Source: Desulfovibrio sp. | Lineage (GTDB): Bacteria; Desulfobacterota; Desulfovibrionia; Desulfovibrionales; Desulfovibrionaceae | DNA: 64,000 nt | Reading direction: 5' to 3' | Assembly (NCBI GenBank): GCA_031550225.1 | Contig: JAVBOT010000004.1 | Coordinates: 6,107-70,106 of the forward strand | In this document: in pieces, positions 49,994 through 59,406 of the stretch | Layout: every line of letters starts with the position of its first letter | Numbering within the stretch: the stretch's first letter is position 1 | Made by a program: the position numbers and the translations under genes | Notes under the pieces: generated by a model | What the model saw: the letters and a program-made list of their open reading frames with translations, nothing else | Databases searched by the model: none | Told to the model about the DNA's origin: nothing

Positions 49994-52036
49994 ATGAGCA
50001 AGTATACCCTTAAAGACATTGTTTTTCTCGTTTTTCGCTATAAATTCGGTGTGCTGCTTTTCAGTTTGTATCTGGCCACCGGTCTGAGCCTTTACCTTGT
50101 TTGTGCGAAAAAATTGTACGAGTCCCATGCTGAAGTTCTGGTGCGCTTTGGCCAGGAACAACTCGGCAGCCCCACCCTGGGCTCCATGGCGCGAAGTGTC
50201 TATATCTCCCGCCGGGAAGAGGAAATACAGAACGAAATCCGTATTCTAACCAGTACGGATACTCTTTCAGCCACAGCCGCGGCCTTTGCCGGACCGAAGG
50301 CCGAAGCCAGAGACGTTCTGCAGATTCGCGCATATCTTGCGAACAGGCTGACGGTTTCAGCCCTGAAAAATTCCGACACCATTGAAGTGAGCTTTTTGTT
50401 CCCTGAACCGCATGTGGCGCAAAAAGCACTCGGCCTTTTGCTTGAACAATACCAAAAGCACCATGGGCAAGTGTATTTTGACGCCAACGAACAACGTGTG
50501 CTGCAAAGCAAGCTCGATTCCGCCCGGGCGGATTACGGCAAGGCCTTGGATGAATTGGCGGAATTTGAACGGCTCAATAATGTGTTTGATGACAGGCAGC
50601 TTGTGGTGCTCAACGAGACCAGGGAGCAGCAGCAACTGAACCTGAATGCTCTGACTAACGAATACGCCTATACCTTCAGCAAGCGCAACCGGCTGCAGGA
50701 TGTACTGAAGGATTTACCGCCGGAGATTTTATACAGCAGCCGCGAGGTGATTAACGAAAAACACGCCAAGCTCTCCGAACGCCTTGCCCAGGCCTATGTG
50801 GATCGTGAAAATCAGATGCGCCGGTATAAGGCGGATTCGCGTCCGGTAAAGGACATTGACGACGAAATCCGGCTTCTGAAGGACTTGTTGCGAAAAGAGC
50901 CGCAACGCCTGGTGAACGATAAGGAAAACAGGCGCAACGAGATATGGGAAAGCCTCAACCGCCAGGTGTTGGAGCTGACTCCGGAAGTGGAAGCCCAGCA
51001 GGCCCGGATAGACAGTTTGCGTACTCAGGTGGGAGAAATTGACGAGGCTCTCGCGCGCGCTGCGGCCGTCAAAGGGCAGCACGCGCTTCTGGTGCGGGAT
51101 GTGGAATTGAAGAAAACGGTCTATGACCGCTATCATACCGAGGTTTCCGAGGTGCTTGGCAGAAAAAACGCCATGCAGCAGTCCATCACCAACGTTGCGA
51201 TTATCGAGTCGCCTTCGTTCAGTCCCCTGCCGGCTAAACCGAATTCCAAACGCATCATTTTTTTAGGGCTGGTACTGCTCGGCGTGGGTAATGCCTTTAT
51301 TCTCGGCTCCAGCATGTTCTTTGATAAGACGCTTTCTTTGCCGAGCCAGGCGGGAAGCACGCTTGGCCTGCCTGTTATGGGCGTATTCAACGAAGAGCCG
51401 AGCACCAGGGGGCGGACCGGAGGAACGGGCACGCCCTTTTATGAGGTGCACAGCCGGGAGATGCGCAGCCTTTATCTTAAAGCCACAAGCCGCGCCGTGG
51501 GCAGTCTGCTCTTTACCCTGGCGGAAAAAGACTCCACCGTGCAGGGCTTTGCCCGCGACTTTGCTTTGTTTGCTTTGAACTACCAGCAGCGAAAACCCGC
51601 GATTGTGCGCTATGCAAACTTGTTCGATCGTGACGGCAAGGCGGCTTCCGCCGGGAAAGCCTTTTCTTTTTCCGGCGCCTCGGGCGGCACCTTGAGCGGC
51701 AATGATACGGCCGCTTCGCCAAAGCTTGCCCAAGGGCTTGCCCTTTATGAACGCAGCAGCCTTAATATGGAGGAGGAGCGCGCGTTCTGGGATTTGTTAA
51801 AAGAGCAGCATGACTTGCTGGTGTTCGATTACGGGGCGGTGCAGGAAAGCAACCTGCTTGTGGCCCTAGCCGATTATGTGGATTGCACGCTTTTCGTCAT
51901 TGAAGCGGAACGGAGCAATAAATATGTGGCTAAACACGCCCTGGATTCCTTGCGCCAGATAGGTTTGGAAAATATCGGCCTGGTTCTGGCCGAGCGGCGT
52001 TTGCATATCCCCCAGGGGATTTACAAATACTTATAG
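49994..52036 (+). CDS. Polysaccharide co-polymerase (Wzc/GumC-like) with degenerate kinase domain
   Basis: Two TM helices flanking a long coiled coil with a P.KP motif; C-terminal D.LVFD and D..LFVIEA remnants. Confidence 0.88.
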   Translation: MSKYTLKDIVFLVFRYKFGVLLFSLYLATGLSLYLVCAKKLYESHAEVLVRFGQEQLGSPTLGSMARSVYISRREEEIQNEIRILTSTDTLSATAAAFAGPKAEARDVLQIRAYLANRLTVSALKNSDTIEVSFLFPEPHVAQKALGLLLEQYQKHHGQVYFDANEQRVLQSKLDSARADYGKALDELAEFERLNNVFDDRQLVVLNETREQQQLNLNALTNEYAYTFSKRNRLQDVLKDLPPEILYSSREVINEKHAKLSERLAQAYVDRENQMRRYKADSRPVKDIDDEIRLLKDLLRKEPQRLVNDKENRRNEIWESLNRQVLELTPEVEAQQARIDSLRTQVGEIDEALARAAAVKGQHALLVRDVELKKTVYDRYHTEVSEVLGRKNAMQQSITNVAIIESPSFSPLPAKPNSKRIIFLGLVLLGVGNAFILGSSMFFDKTLSLPSQAGSTLGLPVMGVFNEEPSTRGRTGGTGTPFYEVHSREMRSLYLKATSRAVGSLLFTLAEKDSTVQGFARDFALFALNYQQRKPAIVRYANLFDRDGKAASAGKAFSFSGASGGTLSGNDTAASPKLAQGLALYERSSLNMEEERAFWDLLKEQHDLLVFDYGAVQESNLLVALADYVDCTLFVIEAERSNKYVAKHALDSLRQIGLENIGLVLAERRLHIPQGIYKYL

Positions 52037-52236
52037 CGGAGCGCGCGGCTTGCCTGGATTTTACCAGGGGGCTTTGCGCAGCGCGTTTTGCCGGGGTCGC
52101 TTGAGGGGAGCGAAGGGGGCGGCCGTGATTCTGTTTTCCAAAACGCATCAAGGGCATTGCCCGTGTGCCGGACGGCAGAGCGCGCACCTTTCAGGCCGCG
52201 GAGATTGTAAGTGTTTTTTGTGAAGGACGCGGCGCT

Positions 52237-52902
52237 ATGGCGATGACTGTTTATGGCATTTATCGTAAGTTTTACGAATATTGGATCCGGCTGCATACGG
52301 CCATGGTAGGCAGGGCACTGGGGGCTTATGGAGGGGGCGGCCGCATAGAATCCCCCCTTGTCGTAAATTTACCTGAACGCGTGTTTGTGGGAAAAAATCC
52401 CATTTGGGCGGCTGGGGTCTTTTTATCCTGCGTGACGGAGTGGAACGGCGCGTGCTACAATGGCGAGATCCGGATGGGCGATAACTGCTTTATCCGGGAA
52501 GGGGCGCATTTGTCCGCGGCCAGCTCCATCATCCTGGGCGACGGAGTTTCCATTGCCCGGGGCAGTGTGATCTGCGACCACTTTCATAGCGCCTTGGAAA
52601 CGGATCTGCATCCTTACTTGCGCCCTCTGACCAAGCCAAAGCCTGTGGTTATTGAGGATAATTGCGGCATCGGCGCCTATGCCCAAATAGGCCCGGGCGT
52701 GCGCGTGGGCAAGGGCAGCATGATTGGGCAGGGTTGCATCATCCTGCGCGATGTGCCCCCGGGCTCGGTTATCCTTGCTCCTTTGCCGCAATTGGTCCGC
52801 CAGTATGACGAAGAACTGCGCCGCTGGCAAAATCTGACCGTGTCGCGGCATGCCCGCTCTATGTTTAGGCTCCGCTCCAGGAAAAAGAATGGGCAAACAT
52901 GA
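52237..52902 (+). CDS. Hexapeptide-repeat (LbH) acyltransferase
   Basis: I.MGDNC.I, I.DH.H and PVVIEDN..IG....I.PGV.VG.GS.IG repeats. Confidence 0.9.
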   Translation: MAMTVYGIYRKFYEYWIRLHTAMVGRALGAYGGGGRIESPLVVNLPERVFVGKNPIWAAGVFLSCVTEWNGACYNGEIRMGDNCFIREGAHLSAASSIILGDGVSIARGSVICDHFHSALETDLHPYLRPLTKPKPVVIEDNCGIGAYAQIGPGVRVGKGSMIGQGCIILRDVPPGSVILAPLPQLVRQYDEELRRWQNLTVSRHARSMFRLRSRKKNGQT

Positions 52903-54167
52903 GCGAAACCCACGAAACTCGGAACACGCCCCCTGATGCGGGGAAAAAGCGTATTTTGCACAATACGCTGTGGCTGACCGCGGCTTTTTTGGGCGGTCGG
53001 CTCATCAGCTATGTCGGCTTTATCATCATCGCCCGCACCTTTACGGAGCGGGAGGTCGGCGTATGGGCCATACTGCTCACGGCCAGCTTGTTCTGCGAAA
53101 TACTGTCCAGCCTGGGGCTGGATAAGCTTATGGTGCGCGAGGTGGTGCGCTCCGCCAGAGATGAAGCTCCACAACTTTTATCTTCCATCCTGCTCATTAA
53201 GCTGGGCATATCCTTTGTGGTGGGCGCTCTCGCCTATGCGGGCATTATGCTGGCCTATCCTGAAGTCGCCGCACAATACGCGGCCAGTACCGCGATCTTT
53301 CTTTGCTCCGTCCCCTGTATTGCGGTGACGCGCTCTTTAGAGGCCTGGCACACGGCTCTGGAAAAAATGCATATTCCCGCCATAGCCCAGGTGGTTGAGC
53401 GTTGCGCGTTGTTCACACTGACCTTTTTTGCCTGGCAGGCCGGGGCCGGGTTCGGTTTTTTTATCGCCTGCAGCGCTTTGGCGCCGGTGGCGCGCTTTTT
53501 TATCGCTTTGTGGGGAGTGCGCCCATACCTGCGCGCTCCGCAGCCGCGCAAATATGGGGGCCTTTTGCGCGAAGCCCTGGCGCTTTTCGCTGTGGATGCT
53601 GTGGCCGGGCTGTACCAGCGGGTGGATATATTGCTGCTTTCGTTCTTGGGCTCCCTTGAGGCCGCTGGTTTGTACAATGTGGCCTATCGTATGTTTGAGT
53701 TCGCCACCATTGCCTTTGCCGGCTATATTACCGCCATTTTCCCCAGTTTGATCCGAAAAATGACGGCATCGCACCTAAAAAGCTCTTTTTTGCTCGGCCT
53801 TGCCTTGACCGTGGCCGTCGCCGCCGGAGGCATTCTCCTGCGCCAGTTTTTGCTGAGTCTGTTCGGCCCGGTCTATCTGGCCGCCGACAGCGCTCTGCTC
53901 ATTCTCATGCTGGTGCTGCCCTTTTGCTATGCCACTTCGTTCATGACCTATTACCTTGTAGCCACCGGAGAGGTGCGCCTTTTGCTAAAAATTTCCGCTA
54001 TGGTGGTTTTAAGCAATGTGCTCTTGAATGTGCTGCTCATCCCGCATTTTTCCATCGTCGGTTCGGCCATGGCCTTTTTGCTGGCCGAAGTGCTGAGCCT
54101 TGGCGTACTGGGCTGGGCTATCGCACCCGGCCTGCGGCGGTCATGGGCTGAAGAGGAGGCATGCTGA
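52899..54167 (+). CDS. Wzx-like flippase (MOP family)
   Basis: About 12 TM helices; N.......RL, LG.....VRE, D..LL......AGLY..AY and NV.LN.LLIP....GSA.A motifs. Confidence 0.9.
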   Translation: MSETHETRNTPPDAGKKRILHNTLWLTAAFLGGRLISYVGFIIIARTFTEREVGVWAILLTASLFCEILSSLGLDKLMVREVVRSARDEAPQLLSSILLIKLGISFVVGALAYAGIMLAYPEVAAQYAASTAIFLCSVPCIAVTRSLEAWHTALEKMHIPAIAQVVERCALFTLTFFAWQAGAGFGFFIACSALAPVARFFIALWGVRPYLRAPQPRKYGGLLREALALFAVDAVAGLYQRVDILLLSFLGSLEAAGLYNVAYRMFEFATIAFAGYITAIFPSLIRKMTASHLKSSFLLGLALTVAVAAGGILLRQFLLSLFGPVYLAADSALLILMLVLPFCYATSFMTYYLVATGEVRLLLKISAMVVLSNVLLNVLLIPHFSIVGSAMAFLLAEVLSLGVLGWAIAPGLRRSWAEEEAC

Positions 54168-55600
54168 TGCGGGCCCGGGATTTTTTTTCGCGCGCGGCTC
54201 TACCCATCATGCTGGGCATGATGGCGATCCTGGCCTGCATAGTCCTGCAGGAAAAAGGCCTTGCGCTGATGGTCGTTTTCTGTCTTGGCGCGCTCGGGTG
54301 CGCCTTTGCCTGGAAGCGGGTGGACGTTATTCTGCCTCTGGCCTTTGCGGCAATTCTGCTCATGCCTTTTTTTCTCGGCATCAGCCGCACCCCTAAAATT
54401 TTTCTGGATGAACTGCTGCTCCTTGCCCTTTTGCCGATAATCACGCTGCAAGTGATGGGAGGCATTACGCCGCTGCGGGTGAGGGAAAAGGATATTGCCC
54501 TCATGCTCTTTGGCCTGTGCTGTATGGCCTTGACCATGTCCTATAATATTCCGGCCTATGTATCCCTGCGCACTTTTCTTGAAAGTATGGGGCTCGGCGT
54601 TTTGCTTTGCCTGGCCATGGCTCAGGTCTCTTCGGAAGAACACATGCGCCGCATTGTCCTTTGCCTGTGCCTTGCCGTGGTTATGCTTGCCGCGGGAGGC
54701 ATTTTGGAGGTGCTGGTGCGGGCAAACCCCCTTATGGAGTATGTGAAACGCAGCGGGGTTACGGAAGCGGAGCAGATGTTTTTTTATATTTCTCCGGAAA
54801 TGACGCAGGCGGCCGGGGTCGCTTACCGCCCGTATCTGATTTTTTTCCATCCCTCTGAAGCGGGCACGACAGTGGCGCTGTGCTTGCCCTTTATCCTCGC
54901 CCTAGCCTCGTTTGCCCGTTATCGGCGAATGGCCCTGGCGGCTTTTACGGCAGGGGCTCTCTTAGTGATCATCAACCAAACCAGAGGGGTGTGGGTGGCC
55001 TGCCTGCTCACAGCCTTTTTCTTTTTGCCCCGCTTCAGACGTCTGTGTCTGTTGTGCAGCCCTTTGCTGCTCGGGGTTTTTTGCACTCTTTTGCTCTTTG
55101 CTGACCACGTGCCTTTTTTGGAACGCGTTATGGACGCGCGCAACCTTTTTATTCGGTTTTTTTACTGGGAAACGGGCTTAAACTATTATTTCGACCACTG
55201 GCTGCTGGGCATCGGATTCGGCCAGTTTTCCGAAGTATACCAAGCCAATCCGCCGCGCTTTCCGCTGGAATATATGGAGGATGCCCTGCATGTATTCACC
55301 ATGGATAACGCCTTCCTGATGGTTTTGGTGGAGCAAGGGATTATCGGTTTTTTAGGGTTTATGCTCGTGCTCGGACTCATGGCGCGCGGGCTGCGCCAAA
55401 GCGCGCGCTCTCTGGAAGCGGCGCAGTCTTCTTATGCCCTGTTTGCCCGGGCAGGGCTGGCCAGCCTCTGCATTTTCTGCATCTGCGGCATGTTTGCCGA
55501 TGTGCACCTTTTCACTAAATCCGCCAAGATTGTCTTTATGTTGGCGGGCATAGCCTGGGGCCTCGGCCTCACGGCGGAGCGGGGCGAACATGCGCACTGA
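54161..55600 (+). CDS. Wzy/O-antigen ligase family polymerase
   Basis: Multi-TM; R....F.HP, TRG.W, R...W......LLGIGFGQF and DN.FL.VLVEQGIIG motifs. Confidence 0.85.
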   Translation: MLMRARDFFSRAALPIMLGMMAILACIVLQEKGLALMVVFCLGALGCAFAWKRVDVILPLAFAAILLMPFFLGISRTPKIFLDELLLLALLPIITLQVMGGITPLRVREKDIALMLFGLCCMALTMSYNIPAYVSLRTFLESMGLGVLLCLAMAQVSSEEHMRRIVLCLCLAVVMLAAGGILEVLVRANPLMEYVKRSGVTEAEQMFFYISPEMTQAAGVAYRPYLIFFHPSEAGTTVALCLPFILALASFARYRRMALAAFTAGALLVIINQTRGVWVACLLTAFFFLPRFRRLCLLCSPLLLGVFCTLLLFADHVPFLERVMDARNLFIRFFYWETGLNYYFDHWLLGIGFGQFSEVYQANPPRFPLEYMEDALHVFTMDNAFLMVLVEQGIIGFLGFMLVLGLMARGLRQSARSLEAAQSSYALFARAGLASLCIFCICGMFADVHLFTKSAKIVFMLAGIAWGLGLTAERGEHAH

Positions 55601-56756
55601 AACCAAAAAAAAACGCCTGATCATGCAGTTTACCGCATCTGTCGGAGGGGTCAGGCGGCACGTTATGGATATTGCTAAGGGGTATGACAGCGAGCATTTC
55701 GATATTGTGGGGGTTTTTCCTGATCGCAGCATCGCCGCCAGCCTGGTGGGAGGAGAACAGCGCCGCTACAGGGCGCAATTTCATGCCCTCGGCCTGCCCT
55801 TTCATGTGCTGGAAATGCCGCGCCATATAGCGCCATTGCGGGATCTGATCTCGCTGTTTGCTTTGTTTCGCCTGATACGGCGGCTTAAGCCGGATGTCAT
55901 ACACTGCCATAGCACCAAGGCGGGGCTCATCGGCAGAATTGCCGCTTTTTTGGCCGGTCGCGTTCCCGTATGCTATACCCCTCACATTATGTATTACGCC
56001 TTGCATACCGGCTGGAAGCGGTTGCTGTATTACATGGTGGAAAAGTGTTTGACTCCATTGACCTGCGCCCTGGTTGCGGTTTCTGAAAGCGAATGCCGAG
56101 AGCTTGCGAAGGATTTTTCATTCGGCTCCCGACTGTTTCTGGTGAATAACGGGGTTTTGCCCTGTGAAGGACAAAGCGATACGGCCGCTGTCCGTGCCGG
56201 GTTAGGCATTGTTCCTGATGACATTTTACTCCTCAGTCCCACGCGCTGTGAACCGCAAAAAGATGTGCGCACCCTGGTGCGGGCCATGCGCATCGTGTGC
56301 GATGCCGTGCCTAGGGCGTGTTTGCTGGTGGCGGGCGACGGGGATGAGCGCTTTGAGTGCGAAGCCTTGGCCCGGGAACTGGGGCTGGAAAAGCGGATTC
56401 ATTTTCTTGGTTGGGTGGACGATCTCAATCCCTTGCTGGAAGCTGCGGACATGGTCGTGCTCTCCTCCCGGCGCGAAGGCATGCCCTATGCCCTGCTGGA
56501 GGCCGCGGCTTACGGCAAAGCTCTGGTGGGAACCCGTGTCGTGGGTATTCAAGATTGCATTGTGGATGGCGAAAACGGTTTTCTTACGCCTTGCGGCGAT
56601 GCCGTGGCCTTTGCCGAAAAAGTAATCCTGCTCTGCCAAGATCCCGATTTGCGCCGCTGCCTGGGAGAAGGCGGTAAAAAACTTGTGCGGGAAAAATTTC
56701 ACCGCGACAATATGGTCAGGCAATTGGAGGCAGTTTATGCGCGCCTTGCTCCGTAA
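55590..56756 (+). CDS. Glycosyltransferase family 4
   Basis: GG..RHV, HCHSTKAG..GR and SRREGMPY.LLEA motifs. Confidence 0.93.
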   Translation: MRTETKKKRLIMQFTASVGGVRRHVMDIAKGYDSEHFDIVGVFPDRSIAASLVGGEQRRYRAQFHALGLPFHVLEMPRHIAPLRDLISLFALFRLIRRLKPDVIHCHSTKAGLIGRIAAFLAGRVPVCYTPHIMYYALHTGWKRLLYYMVEKCLTPLTCALVAVSESECRELAKDFSFGSRLFLVNNGVLPCEGQSDTAAVRAGLGIVPDDILLLSPTRCEPQKDVRTLVRAMRIVCDAVPRACLLVAGDGDERFECEALARELGLEKRIHFLGWVDDLNPLLEAADMVVLSSRREGMPYALLEAAAYGKALVGTRVVGIQDCIVDGENGFLTPCGDAVAFAEKVILLCQDPDLRRCLGEGGKKLVREKFHRDNMVRQLEAVYARLAP

Positions 56757-57291
56757 AATCGGCTTTGTACTGCGTTTTATTGGAGTAAAGCTGTGGCATT
56801 ATCCCGGATTAAAGATACAGGGTTTTATCTTTATTGAAAAAGATGTAACATTCGATATAGAACCAGGCGCGCAAATCCTTCTGAAAAACAGAGTATATTT
56901 AAAAAAGGGATGCTGCCTGGAGTGTACGGACACAGGGCGTATGGTGCTGGAAGAAAAAGTTTCCGTAGGGCATTACGCCGTCATCGCTTGCTGCGACAGA
57001 ATTTCCATAGGCGCGCGTACCCTCATCTCCCACCATGCGGTTGTGGTGGATTCGCGCCATGTGCTTGATGAGGAGCTGGTCTGCATCTACCGCGAGTATC
57101 AGAAAGGGGTTGTGGAAATCGGCTCCGACGTCATTTTGTTTGCCGGCGCCCTGGTGGGTCCCAATGTTTGCGTAGCTGACAAAACCTGGATCATGCCGCA
57201 TTCCGTGGTCACGCGAGATATCCTGGAACCTTCGGGACTCTGGGGCGGCATCCCCGCGCAGAGAAAAAAGGAGTTGCGTTTTGATGATTGA
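56737..57291 (+). CDS. Hexapeptide-repeat acyltransferase
   Basis: ISIG..T.I, DS.H, VEIGSDV and SVVTRD......WGGIPA motifs. Confidence 0.88.
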   Translation: MRALLRKIGFVLRFIGVKLWHYPGLKIQGFIFIEKDVTFDIEPGAQILLKNRVYLKKGCCLECTDTGRMVLEEKVSVGHYAVIACCDRISIGARTLISHHAVVVDSRHVLDEELVCIYREYQKGVVEIGSDVILFAGALVGPNVCVADKTWIMPHSVVTRDILEPSGLWGGIPAQRKKELRFDD

Positions 57292-58273
57292 ATCGCATGC
57301 CTCCGGGGAGGAATCTTCCCGGCCTGGAGAAAACTTTGCCGGGGAACCCGGCTTCAAGAATAATCCACCTAAAGTTTCGGTTATTTACGTAAATTGGAAT
57401 TCGGCGGAGGATATTGCCCGTTCTGTGGACTCCCTGCACAGCCAGAAACCGGAGTGCAGTTATGAGATTATTGTTCTTGACAATAAATCCCCGGAAGAGC
57501 CGATCCCCCTTCTACGCGAAGATATCAGGCTGATCCGCAACCCTGAAAACCGGGGTTTCGGAGCCGGGTGCAACGCGGCCGCACGACACGCACGGGGAGA
57601 ATACCTGCTCTTTCTTAACCCCGATACCGTGCTGCAAAACGATGTGCCGGGCATTTTGAGCCGCTTTCTAGACGAGCACCCCGAAGCCGGCGCCTGCGGG
57701 GCGCGCATGCTTAACGCCGACGGTACCGTCTACTATGGCGCCGGACGACGCTGTTTGGGCTTTATCAACAACTTACTGGAACAGTCCGCTTTATGTTTTC
57801 ATTTTCCGAAAGTTCCCTTCATCGGCAGGCCCTATTACGGCTCGTGGGATCACCTTTCCACCCGTAAGGTGGAGTGCCTCTCTGGCGCGTGCATGATGTT
57901 CCGCAAGGATATCTATAAGGCGCTTAAAGGATTTGATGAGGATTTTTTCCTGTATTGCGAGGAGATGGATCTCTGCAAACGGGCGCTGGATGCGGGCCAA
58001 GACATTTATTATGTGCATACCGCCGTTATTATGCATGCTTGCCGCAAAAGCACGATGCAGTATTACGGGGATATGACGAATATTTTTTTACAGATATTTG
58101 TGAGCATGGACATATATTTTAAAAAGCATTACGGCACACTGTGCGCCTTTGTCAGCCGGCTGCTCACCGGCTGCATCTATTTAATCAAATACTGCCTGCA
58201 CCGGCGCAAGGCGGATGCGCTTTTCGCCAAATGGGGTTTTTTTCTTGTTCAGTATAATCGTCCCAACCTATAA
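57281..58273 (+). CDS. Glycosyltransferase family 2 (WbbL-like)
   Basis: VSVI.VNWN, N.GFGAGCN, FLNPDT, SGACMM and GFDE.FFLY.EE.DLC motifs. Confidence 0.93.
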   Translation: MMIESHASGEESSRPGENFAGEPGFKNNPPKVSVIYVNWNSAEDIARSVDSLHSQKPECSYEIIVLDNKSPEEPIPLLREDIRLIRNPENRGFGAGCNAAARHARGEYLLFLNPDTVLQNDVPGILSRFLDEHPEAGACGARMLNADGTVYYGAGRRCLGFINNLLEQSALCFHFPKVPFIGRPYYGSWDHLSTRKVECLSGACMMFRKDIYKALKGFDEDFFLYCEEMDLCKRALDAGQDIYYVHTAVIMHACRKSTMQYYGDMTNIFLQIFVSMDIYFKKHYGTLCAFVSRLLTGCIYLIKYCLHRRKADALFAKWGFFLVQYNRPNL

Positions 58274-59150
58274 TCGCGCCGCCATTTTGGCCCGCTCCCT
58301 GGAATGCGTTTTTTCCATGCGCGGCGTGGAGCGCTGCGAAGTCCTGGTGGTGGACGACGGCTCTTGCGACGAAACAGGAGCCGTGCTGGACAGCCTTGCG
58401 GCAAGGCATGCGAACCTTGTCCCTTTACGCAAGGAAAACGGCGGGCCGGGAGAAGCCCGAAACTTCGGCCTGCACCGGGCCACCCGGCAGCGTCTGCTTT
58501 TTTTGGATGACGATATCTTCCCGGACGCGGATTTGCTCCTGGCGCATACCCGGGCGCTGAACGGAAGCTGTGATGTATCGCAAGGCGCTATGGTCTGGCA
58601 CGAGGAGATCGCCGAGGATAAACTCATCCGTTTTATGGACGAACGGGGTATGCAGTTCCGGCATAGCTCTTACGCGGCCGGAGACAAAATTCCTTATGTC
58701 CACGTGTATACGGCCAATCTTGCCCTGACAAAGGAACACGCGCTGCTTGCGGGCGGCTTTGACAAGGCCTTTGCCGTGCGCCGCTACGCCCTGGAAGATA
58801 CCGCTTTCGCCTGGCGGCTGGAGGCGGCCGGCCGGCGTATTTGCTATACTCCGCAAGCACGAGCGCGCCATCTGCATCCCATGACGGAAGAAGCCTTGCT
58901 GCGGCGCGAACATGCCGTGGGGTACGCCATGGCGGTCGCGAAAGTGCATTACCCTGAACTGGCCAAAGATATCGGGTTTCACTCCATCAAGCGTTTTGCC
59001 GCTGTCCAGCGGCTGCTTGCCCGCCTTTTGCCCGCCCTTGGCTTTACCCGTTTTTGGAGCGCCTCATTCACACGCCGCCTGGCCCTGCGTGGGGCGTTGC
59101 TGGAAGGCGCGCATGAGGCCCGGCGGGATATGAAACAGGCGCGAAGTTAG
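58215..59150 (+). CDS. Glycosyltransferase family 2 (start at ATG 58215 or TTG 58245)
   Basis: SIIVPTYNR, VVDDGS, ARN.G, FLDDD and GGFD......ED motifs. Confidence 0.92.
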   Translation: MRFSPNGVFFLFSIIVPTYNRAAILARSLECVFSMRGVERCEVLVVDDGSCDETGAVLDSLAARHANLVPLRKENGGPGEARNFGLHRATRQRLLFLDDDIFPDADLLLAHTRALNGSCDVSQGAMVWHEEIAEDKLIRFMDERGMQFRHSSYAAGDKIPYVHVYTANLALTKEHALLAGGFDKAFAVRRYALEDTAFAWRLEAAGRRICYTPQARARHLHPMTEEALLRREHAVGYAMAVAKVHYPELAKDIGFHSIKRFAAVQRLLARLLPALGFTRFWSASFTRRLALRGALLEGAHEARRDMKQARS

Positions 59151-59263
59151 GTTGAGGCTCATTAATCTGAGGACTTGCGTCCCCAAAGCTCCCTGGCAAA
59201 GGAATGATTCCCCCCAGACAGGGTTTAGGGCGGCAGCCCCCAAAGTAATAAGGTCAGCCCTTA
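59148..59263. repeat. Degenerate REP-like element related to the 2481-2622 unit
   Basis: GGCAAAGGAATGATTCCCCC..GGGTTTAGGGCGGCAGCCCC resembles 2581-2622. Confidence 0.45.
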
Positions 59264-59390
59264 GAGCGAATTAACTTTAAAACGCTTGCTCCGGCGCTTA
59301 ATGGCGGAACAAATTTCGCCCACGCCTGCGCAGCGGACAGCGCCTTGCGCTGTCAGAGCAATTTGCCATTGAAAGGGTATAATTGCTCTA
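59262..59390 (-). repeat. Family B repeat, copy 4 (diverged, reverse orientation)
   Basis: TIRs TAGAGCGAATTAACTTT and AATTGCTCTA; same order of hairpins. Confidence 0.8.
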
Positions 59391-59406
59391 GTTTTGCGGA
59401 GCTGTC

